Virus record (IMG/VR): IMGVR_UViG_3300037247_001602
Span: 1-64,000 of that record
DNA length: 64,000 nt
Reading direction: 5' to 3' (one strand)
DNA from: a virus
Below the pieces are notes generated by a model, which ran no database searches, was not told the origin of the DNA, and worked only from the letters and a program-made list of their open reading frames with translations. Position 1 is the first letter of the stretch; the number at the start of each line of letters is the position of its first letter. Shown here in pieces: positions 10,838 through 17,648 of this stretch. A program made the translations under genes and the position numbers.

Positions 10838-11311
10838 GTGGACGACAACGACAAGATGAAGACGATGAGTGGGTATTTTGATCTGTCAGAATCCGGTATG
10901 ATCCCTAGCCAGAAACTCGTCAAACAAGAAGCCGAGCGCAAGGCCGCTATGGACGAGATCAAGAACCATCGAAGAAAGGCTTTCTCCACACTGGCTGGCC
11001 GGGGCGTTCTAGTTTGCGACTCTAATCCTAGTGACCGAAAAATCATCGTCCAAAACTTGAAGAAAGAAGGATATATAGTATTCACAGCCCAGAACCAAAA
11101 AGAATGCGAGGCAATCCTATCTTCTATTCCAATTCATGCAATCATTGCAGACGTAGAATTCCCAGGCGTAGAACTCATCGGAAGAGCAAATGGAGAGACA
11201 TTGAAGATCGTCATTGCTGGAAACGCGAACCTTGCGGAAATTGCTTTGGCGGGCGTAGAGAAAGTCGGATGCCTGACAGAGGCCGTTGAAGCTGTTCTCG
11301 CACACAGGTAA
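10838..11311 (+). CDS. Response-regulator receiver-like protein
   Basis: VLVCDS...LKKEGYIVFTA..AIIADVEFPG matches CheY-like fold with the phosphoacceptor-position Asp. Confidence 0.6.
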   Translation: MDDNDKMKTMSGYFDLSESGMIPSQKLVKQEAERKAAMDEIKNHRRKAFSTLAGRGVLVCDSNPSDRKIIVQNLKKEGYIVFTAQNQKECEAILSSIPIHAIIADVEFPGVELIGRANGETLKIVIAGNANLAEIALAGVEKVGCLTEAVEAVLAHR

Positions 11312-11323
11312 AAGGAGCAGACA

Positions 11324-11818
11324 ATGCGCAAGTGGATCGTTTGGGGATTTCTACCCCTGTTGATGATCTCGGTGCCGGCCATTGCCGGAGAGGCGCCGGG
11401 CGCGGCTGAGGCTACGGACATTCCTGCTGTCGTTGGTCAAATCGCTGTCATGATTATGAAAATCATTGGCGCACCACTGGGCCTTCTTGTCACGCTACTC
11501 GTAGTGAAGCTCCTCAAGAAGGCTGGTATCGAAGTCGATGCAGATACGGAAAAATTCATTCGTAAACAAGCGGATTCCGTGATCCGTAAAGTTGATGTTT
11601 GGACCGCGAAGTTGGCAGACGAGGGGAAGAAACCCAAGAGTCATGAAAAACTCGCGAAGGGCGTCGCGCTTCTTGAAAGCATTATGAAGATATCGAAAGT
11701 TGGCAATCTAGCCCAAGAGAAACTTTCAGAGATCATCGAAGAAAGACTGCGCGCCCAGAAAGATAAAGGGCAACACAACCGGATCAAGGAGGCCGATCCC
11801 AAACCAAACCCTACGTAA
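11324..11818 (+). CDS. Holin-like membrane protein
   Basis: N-terminal hydrophobic helix plus TM segment and basic C-terminus. Confidence 0.45.
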   Translation: MRKWIVWGFLPLLMISVPAIAGEAPGAAEATDIPAVVGQIAVMIMKIIGAPLGLLVTLLVVKLLKKAGIEVDADTEKFIRKQADSVIRKVDVWTAKLADEGKKPKSHEKLAKGVALLESIMKISKVGNLAQEKLSEIIEERLRAQKDKGQHNRIKEADPKPNPT

Positions 11819-11836
11819 ACCCGAAGGGAGAATACG

Positions 11837-12091
11837 ATGCGGAAGATCCTCTTCATATCCATTCTGTGCTTGAGTCTTACGGGTTGCTTGAACCCGTTCG
11901 CCAAGGTGGGCGAAAAGGCAGCGAGGGAGAACAGGAAGAACGTGGAGTACCTATCGAAGAAACTGACAAAATATTACAAGAAAGATCTCGACAACAAGAT
12001 CCTGAACCAGGACGACTTCAACGATCGGATGGTTCCGATCACGGAAGCCCAAAAGCTGGCAGAGAAGATGGAGGCGTCGTTCAAAAAATGA
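11837..12091 (+). CDS. Lipoprotein (possible spanin component)
   Basis: Signal peptide with lipobox LTGC. Confidence 0.55.
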   Translation: MRKILFISILCLSLTGCLNPFAKVGEKAARENRKNVEYLSKKLTKYYKKDLDNKILNQDDFNDRMVPITEAQKLAEKMEASFKK

Positions 12092-12426
12092 GCATCTCAG
12101 AAGACCAAATCAAAGCGTTGACAGGCGCCCTGAAAACTCAGATCGTCGATGATGCGAAACAATTCATCACCAACATCAAGGATGACGACCAGGAGTTCTT
12201 CGGCGATGTTGCAAAACGCCTGGCGAAGAACTATGTCGAATTGAAATTCGGGGATGAAGACAGAAAAGCCATAGTTCAAGAAAACATTGAGGCGCTGAAT
12301 CGTGGGATGGCATCCCGTGTTGCTTCCAGCGGCATAGATTTCGCGGAGCACGGGAAGGACCAGGTTATCGGGATCTTGCAGACAGTAGGCAAGACCGTAC
12401 TCACGATAGCGCTATCGGTAGTGTGA
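12088..12426 (+). CDS. Hypothetical protein (MSISEDQ...)
   Basis: ATGA overlap with lipoprotein stop; more plausible start than 11866. Confidence 0.55.
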   Translation: MSISEDQIKALTGALKTQIVDDAKQFITNIKDDDQEFFGDVAKRLAKNYVELKFGDEDRKAIVQENIEALNRGMASRVASSGIDFAEHGKDQVIGILQTVGKTVLTIALSVV

Positions 12427-12435
12427 GGCAGATAG

Positions 12436-12981
12436 ATGGCAGTTATTGTTGAATGGTTCAAAACTGAGAATTCGGTCTCGTACACGATCGAGCGGAGCGA
12501 TACCGGGAAGGCCGATACCTTTACTGAGATTGCTACTGGCCTTCCCGGCCTCCAATTTCTAGACCCGACAGGCGGGACCGATAAGTTCTACACAATTACA
12601 GGAGTCGATAGTCTCGGCGAAGATCTCGTATCCAGGACACCATCAGCACTATATGACGCTAAGCTGGTATGCAAGATCTTCGGCGAGGTTCTCGACGGCA
12701 CTGGGCGGCCTGAGACAGAAGCAGAAATACGATTTGAGGTAAGACAGGATGATGCTCCCCAAGTAGTTCAGGGAATCATGGTCACACAAGACATGAAGAC
12801 CGTTCTGACAAATGAGGTCGGGACATTCGAGATCTACATGCTGCGTGATCTCTTGGTAGAGATCTTCATCCCGAACACGCAATTCAAGGCGCTGTTCATG
12901 GTGCCAGATGAGGATGAGAAGAATTTCACGGAACTCATTCCTGATTCCGGATTCGAAACAAAGATCACGAATCCATTCTGA
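12436..12981 (+). CDS. Virion protein with FN3/Ig-like domains
   Basis: W..YTIERS..Y FN3-like pattern; C-terminal GEVLDGTG..TNEVGTF paralogous to the next gene. Confidence 0.5.
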   Translation: MAVIVEWFKTENSVSYTIERSDTGKADTFTEIATGLPGLQFLDPTGGTDKFYTITGVDSLGEDLVSRTPSALYDAKLVCKIFGEVLDGTGRPETEAEIRFEVRQDDAPQVVQGIMVTQDMKTVLTNEVGTFEIYMLRDLLVEIFIPNTQFKALFMVPDEDEKNFTELIPDSGFETKITNPF

Positions 12982-12989
12982 GGTAGATC

Positions 12990-14327
12990 ATGCCCGCTCC
13001 GACTGGTGTTAGTATCGTAATCGACGGTGGGAATCCCACTACGAATGATCTTGACGTGATACTAACGATCGCGGCCACCGGCGCCGACGAGATGGCCTTC
13101 TCGAATAATGGTGTGGACTTTTCTACTTTCGAAGTATTCTCAACTTCGAAGGCATGGAATCTGAGCGATTTCGATGGCGGGTCCGCAGAGGGAATTCGTA
13201 GGGTCACAGTTAAAGTCAAAGATACATTCGATGATGCTGAAGCCACTGCCTTTGATGAAATCCTATTCGAAGTTCCGGAGCCCAGGATCGAATTCGGTGA
13301 GATTCCTGTTCAGAGGGCTGGAACAAATCTGCTGGACGTAAAATATATCGGATTTGAGGACTCACCGGCTGCCGCTCCCAATGTTACCCTGCTAAAGGCT
13401 GAGATCGACCTTGTAGGGGCCTTTGCGGGCGCAGAAGTGGACCTCCTGGAGGCCGTAGATGATTCCTTGACTGACGGGAGAGTTGGACTGCAATTCTCGA
13501 ATGCCGGAGAGGCCAGACAGTTTGTTGCAGATCTGGATAAGACATTCGGTCAGGAAGTCACGACGGCTATAGGTAAAGTTAGACTTCAACCCCAGTTTGG
13601 GTCCAAGATTGGAGCGTTCACCGAATCAAGTCCCTTCATGATCAATACGACGCCCACGGCAGTCACGGGACTGAAAGGCAGAACTACGGTTCCCGGTAGG
13701 CAAATTCTTCTGGTCGGGGTCTTTAGGAATGCGCTCGGCGAGCTGAAAGACGCAGATTCGCTTCCAACAATCGAGAACATTGTCGATCCAAATGGTACAG
13801 ACAAGCTGGGTGGAGCAACCCCGGTAACTCAGGTCACTACAGGGGTTTACAGATTCGCCTTTACGCCATCTACAGGGGATGATAAAGGGCAATGGTCATA
13901 TGAATTCCAGGGCGATGTTGATGCAGTAACGCTTAATGTAACGGGATTGTTCATCGTGGCCGATCCTCCCTCAATGACGACCCCGTTGGTCGATCTTGGA
14001 TGTATTGTCTTTGGCGATCTTCTAAATATAGACGGAAGCGCGCTAGCCAACAAGCCAGTCACCTTCATACACACGAATCTATCCGAACCTGAATTCCAAA
14101 ATCCGACGACGGTAGGCACACAATCTATCCGCGTAGAGACCGACTCTGATGGGCATTTCGAGGTGGAGCTTCTCAGGAATAGTGAAGTGATTGTGTTTAT
14201 TCCATCCATGTCCTTGAAGAGTCTCGGTAGAGTTCCAGATCAAGAAATAACTGAATATAGGAATCTCGATCCTGTGCTCGCTGCATCTTCAGTAACTCGC
14301 GATAAGTTTGGGAATCCTATAATCTAA
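12990..14327 (+). CDS. Virion protein with tandem Ig-like domains
   Basis: Acidic, beta-rich; TGVYRFAFTP..GQWSYEF. Confidence 0.5.
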   Translation: MPAPTGVSIVIDGGNPTTNDLDVILTIAATGADEMAFSNNGVDFSTFEVFSTSKAWNLSDFDGGSAEGIRRVTVKVKDTFDDAEATAFDEILFEVPEPRIEFGEIPVQRAGTNLLDVKYIGFEDSPAAAPNVTLLKAEIDLVGAFAGAEVDLLEAVDDSLTDGRVGLQFSNAGEARQFVADLDKTFGQEVTTAIGKVRLQPQFGSKIGAFTESSPFMINTTPTAVTGLKGRTTVPGRQILLVGVFRNALGELKDADSLPTIENIVDPNGTDKLGGATPVTQVTTGVYRFAFTPSTGDDKGQWSYEFQGDVDAVTLNVTGLFIVADPPSMTTPLVDLGCIVFGDLLNIDGSALANKPVTFIHTNLSEPEFQNPTTVGTQSIRVETDSDGHFEVELLRNSEVIVFIPSMSLKSLGRVPDQEITEYRNLDPVLAASSVTRDKFGNPII

Positions 14328-14365
14328 AAAAAAGAGAGAGGGTGCCTGAGTGGGTCCTCTCTCTT
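14326..14365 (-). terminator. Intrinsic terminator ending the RT operon
   Basis: AAGAGAGAGG/CCTCTCTCTT stem with A-run on + (U-run on -), between convergent genes. Confidence 0.7.
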
Positions 14366-14370
14366 GCATA

Positions 14371-14634
14371 TTACTTAGTGTGCATCTTCAATATCTTTGA
14401 GGCACCCTTTTTGGCCTTGCCACAAATATCCTCGCCCATTTCATGGAGTGACAGAACTACCTTCGCTCCATAATATAGACACGCACCAATGGCGAGGGCA
14501 ATAGTTGTAACCGTCAGGACAAGATCTTGAGCCTCTGTCTGTTTCTCAGGCGCTTCAGACCTCCGTGCCTCACCCATCGATCCCTCCTTTCCAGCCAGCA
14601 TGGCGCCTTCACCGCGAAGGCGCTTCTTCTTCAC
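14371..14634 (-). CDS. Small membrane protein in the RT operon
   Basis: GTGA overlap with upstream ORF; one TM helix (LVLTVTTIALAIGACLYYG). Confidence 0.5.
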   Translation of the reverse strand: MKKKRLRGEGAMLAGKEGSMGEARRSEAPEKQTEAQDLVLTVTTIALAIGACLYYGAKVVLSLHEMGEDICGKAKKGASKILKMHTK

Positions 14635-14900
14635 TTCTGAGGGATCAACAGATCGCTGGGCTCGCCATTTGGTGTATAATTATCTTTTACCCGAATTTTG
14701 CGGAAAACTTTCGGATCTCGAAAAGCTTCCTCTTGAGCTGTTAATATTTCAACTGCTTTCGTCGTAGCCTCTCTGGTTTTGAGTGTTTGCTCGTCGATAT
14801 TATGGGCCAGTTTCTTATCAAGCCGCTCGCGAACATCCAGAGCTGATCTCATGGCGATTCGGTGGCCCAGCGCCAGCTTTTCCGCGATTTCCTTCCTCAT
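14631..14900 (-). CDS. Small helical protein coupled to the RT
   Basis: ATG at 14900 overlaps the RT stop (ATGA), with GGAG upstream. Confidence 0.55.
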   Translation of the reverse strand: MRKEIAEKLALGHRIAMRSALDVRERLDKKLAHNIDEQTLKTREATTKAVEILTAQEEAFRDPKVFRKIRVKDNYTPNGEPSDLLIPQK

Positions 14901-16189
14901 CGTACTCCTTCCCATTCCCGAACGAGACCAACGACACGCCCAGGATTTACCATACTATGGAAGGCGAGGTGCCCCTCAACCCAGAGCTTGTAGCGATTGC
15001 GACTGATTTGTTGACGTTTTGCCGCCTCTGTGAGGCCCAAATTGGCAGCATTGTTAACAGCCGCCCTCAGAACCCTGTATTTCCAGCGAATGATATTCGG
15101 CTGCTCGTTTGCTACAAGCCCAGTAACCCACTGTCTTTTGTGGGCTCTCATGACTTTGATTTTCTTCTCGTTGATTTGGAATCCTTCTTCCTGGGTGATT
15201 TTGCGAACGACATGGATTAGATGATCGGCAGCCCGCTTCTCGTTTGAAGAGAACGTGAGGTCGTCCGCGTATCTCGTATATGTCCAGCGCCTGGCGTGTG
15301 CATATGAACTGAGCTTCTGATCCAGGCGGTATGCGACGAGATTGGAGAGCGCAGGACTAGTCGGTGCGCCTTGCGGTAGGGCGTCATTCCAGGTGCAAAG
15401 AGCTGTAATTACACCGGCCACGCGCTTGTGGAATCCGATCTTCAGCAAGACTCCGTAGACTCTCGGGAATTTGATAGAAGGGAAGAAGTCTTGAATGTCC
15501 ATGGAGACTACGACATTCTTGTTGCGATGGTGCCTGGCATTCATAACGATATTTCTGCTTGGGATGAATCCGAAGGCACTGTCATGATAGGGAATCTCTG
15601 CCAGGATCTGATCGAGGATTCTCCTCTGTACGGTTTTTAGTTCTTTTCGCGGCGCCGTGATCAACCGTTGTCCGCCGCCGTTCTTTGAGATTTCCCACGA
15701 GTGATAGAGGTCCAGATCCTTGAAGAAGATTCTCCTGAGAAGCCATGTGAGGACGCGATTTTTGATGCCAATCTTCATGGCCAGATCGAACGAATCGGTG
15801 AGTATGTGATTGGAATCGAATGTAAGCTTCACATCCTGACCTAAGACGAATCCAGAATATCCAGGATATTTGCAGGGTGACAGTGCATCACATCGATTCT
15901 TGCTTACTTTGTAGCAGGCGGGGTACTGTGTGCAGCTTTTGCAGATTGATGTTGCCATCCAGTTCTGACATTTCTTCGGATTCGGCTTCTTTTTGTTCCA
16001 ACAGTAATATCTATTGATGCAGGCTTCGCAGATTGACTGAAATTTCGATCCGGCGATTTCGATTGGAGTATTCAGGAATGTCTTCGAGATCGTAAGTTCT
16101 TGTCCTCTTGTGCCGGGTACGGGTCTAAGGAAAGCCTTCTTTCTTATGACTTTCCCAGATTTTTTAACTTCGTACCAGAGATTGTGCAC
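14897..16189 (-). CDS. Retron-type reverse transcriptase with Cys-rich N-terminal extension
   Basis: ISKNGGGQRLITAP, SAFGF, NARHH (retron NAxxH), MDIQDFFPSI, LPQGAPTSP, YTRYADDLTFS, VTGL (retron VTG); GTG start with GGAGG RBS. Confidence 0.93.
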   Translation of the reverse strand: MHNLWYEVKKSGKVIRKKAFLRPVPGTRGQELTISKTFLNTPIEIAGSKFQSICEACINRYYCWNKKKPNPKKCQNWMATSICKSCTQYPACYKVSKNRCDALSPCKYPGYSGFVLGQDVKLTFDSNHILTDSFDLAMKIGIKNRVLTWLLRRIFFKDLDLYHSWEISKNGGGQRLITAPRKELKTVQRRILDQILAEIPYHDSAFGFIPSRNIVMNARHHRNKNVVVSMDIQDFFPSIKFPRVYGVLLKIGFHKRVAGVITALCTWNDALPQGAPTSPALSNLVAYRLDQKLSSYAHARRWTYTRYADDLTFSSNEKRAADHLIHVVRKITQEEGFQINEKKIKVMRAHKRQWVTGLVANEQPNIIRWKYRVLRAAVNNAANLGLTEAAKRQQISRNRYKLWVEGHLAFHSMVNPGRVVGLVREWEGVR

Positions 16190-16354
16190 CGCTTACTCCT
16201 CCTGCCAGTCGTATAGATGAGCTGCGTGACCCATCGCTGCGATGGGTTACTCAGCTCATCATCCGTATGATGATTTAGCAATGAGACAGCAGAGGCGAAG
16301 CGCCTCCCCAGGCAGAAGAGTCGATCGCCCCTTCTGCATGGATTTACTAAGCGG
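16189..16354 (-). ncRNA. Retron-like ncRNA unit A
   Basis: a2 CCGCUUA + G16347, two msr stems, long msd hairpin 16217-16260, a1 G-UAAGCGG (16189-16196). Confidence 0.8.
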
Positions 16355-16536
16355 CCTACTTTTCCGTACATTTTGCCGGATTCTTGTGCAACTATTTTGG
16401 GATCATCCTGATCCCAGAATAGGGGCATCAAGAATGCCTGCCTTATGATAGATTTTAATAGAGACCATGATGGCGAAACGCCACCCCCAAGCAAAAGAGT
16501 TGATCACCCCTTCTGCATGGATGTACTAGGCTTTCC
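16354..16536 (-). ncRNA. Retron-like ncRNA unit B
   Basis: a2 GCCUA + G16526; msr is a diverged copy of unit A; msd hairpin about 16381-16434; a1 G-UAGGC (16354-16359). Confidence 0.75.
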
Positions 16537-16542
16537 AGAATC

Positions 16543-16549
16543 TTATACC
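16543..16549 (-). promoter_or_regulatory. GGTATAAG promoter-like motif just upstream of unit B
   Basis: Same motif recurs upstream of minus-strand operons; 5 nt before the GGAAAG start of unit B. Confidence 0.5.
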
Positions 16550-16690
16550 CGCTTACGAGATTTCTCTGTGCTTACTAGGGGAAAAGATCATAACCAAGAA
16601 ATCTTTTCTTGGTTATGATCTCCCGAAAGCAGACTCAGAAATTGCATCGTCATGAAGGCGAAACGCCTTCGGCTTAGTATACTAAGCGGG
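16548..16690 (-). ncRNA. Retron-like ncRNA unit C
   Basis: 8-bp a1/a2 (CCCGCUUA/UAAGCGGG), G16682, GAAGGCG-UUU-CGCCUUC hairpin, perfect 17-bp msd stem 16585-16621. Confidence 0.7.
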
Positions 16691-17252
16691 CCCTACCTTT
16701 CCTCTCGCTCTTTGAGCTTTGGCCGTGGTGCCGAACGAAGAGAGGCACGATGGGCCAAGCTTGGGAGGCATCAAGCGCCTACCTTTCCGTATAATCGAGA
16801 TGACGACGCCGTCGCCAGATCTGATGCGTAGCATCATCTGGCGACCACGTCGTCAGCGCATGGATAATCGCCTACCTTTCCCTCTAAGAAATGTTGCCTG
16901 AACTCGGTAACATTTACTTTCAGCCTACCTTTCCCTCTTGTGAGCCCCTTCATCGTCGAGGCCCGCATCGACGATGAAGAGCTGCAAACGGGCCTACCTT
17001 TCCTGTAAAGTTGAAGATGACCCGTTGGGTGGAGCCGTCTGGCGAACCCTCAGGGTCATCTGTAGAATTCACCAGCCTACCTTTCCTTGCGTTTGTTATC
17101 AGGGCGTTGCCCGTAAGAATCGAAAGGGCCTACCTTTCCAGTAAATGGAAGACCCAGTCTGCCGGCTGCAAGCCGGTCACACTGGGTTGAGTTCAAGGCC
17201 TACCTTTCCTGATAATTTCCCTAGAACGGAGGAATATAGCGACCTACTTTCC
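16691..17252. repeat. Array of 12-nt repeats GCCTACCTTTCC with unique, mostly hairpin spacers
   Basis: Copies at 16691 (variant), 16777, 16870, 16923, 16992, 17075, 17128, 17198, 17242 (variant); period 44-93 nt. Confidence 0.95.
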
Positions 17253-17376
17253 TGAAATTGAAAGACCTGGTGAAGAGCGGCCCGCTCTTTAACCAGGTCG
17301 CGTCATTGTGAGGTAGGTAATATGATCCATGACGGCGAAACGCCGTCCCCGCTTGCGCGGTTGTACTAGGCTTTCC
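16691..17376 (-). ncRNA. Retron-like unit D: one msr primer plus nine msd-like cassettes
   Basis: a2 GCCUA + G17366, CCGC-GCAA-GCGG and GACGGCG-UUU-CGCCGUC stems, then nine cassettes each ending in GGAAAGGUAGGC or a close variant. Confidence 0.75.
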
Positions 17377-17380
17377 TGTC

Positions 17381-17648
17381 GGTGACCATTACTTTCCAGT
17401 CATGTCGCCTCCATCTGTCCTCGCGCCGAATGAGGAGTCCCCTGCGTTTTCCGATGCGCAGTCATACTACAAAAGTTGCGAGGTTGCGCAGCAACTCTTT
17501 GTAGGAAGACGCTGCAGAGGAAAATCAGCGGCCCCGGATATGAGGCGCATCAAGAGGACTTATGGATGGCGCAGGGCAATTGTACTTCTTGATATTTCCA
17601 TGGCGCGAAAGCACGCCGACGCGCCTTGCTCGCGTCTTGTACGTCACC
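17381..17648 (-). ncRNA. Retron-like ncRNA unit E
   Basis: a2 GGUGAC + G17642, GACGCG/CGCGUC and GGCG..UUUC..GCC stems followed by AUGG, long hairpin about 17447-17524, a1 G-GUCACC (17381-17387). Confidence 0.65.

Noticed and set aside
355-14209. Antisense ORFs within structural genes
   Set aside because: They are shadow frames of long, well-supported + strand genes.
14897-16189. DGR or group II intron RT
   Set aside because: It has retron NAxxH and VTG motifs and QGAPTSP rather than the DGR SQ motif; no TR/VR pair, maturase or endonuclease domain was seen.
16691-17252. CRISPR array
   Set aside because: The repeat is only 12 nt and non-palindromic, spacers vary from about 32 to 81 nt and are mostly self-complementary, there are no cas genes in the window, and the repeat is explained as a retron a1 arm.
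16789-17260. TATAAT-like words after some repeats as sigma decoys
   Set aside because: Only one exact match (16790-16795); the rest are merely AT-rich.
16466-17346. Hammerhead ribozymes suggested by repeated CATGA..GGCGAAAC
   Set aside because: No CUGANGA core or three-stem arrangement; GAAAC is the loop region of a simple hairpin.
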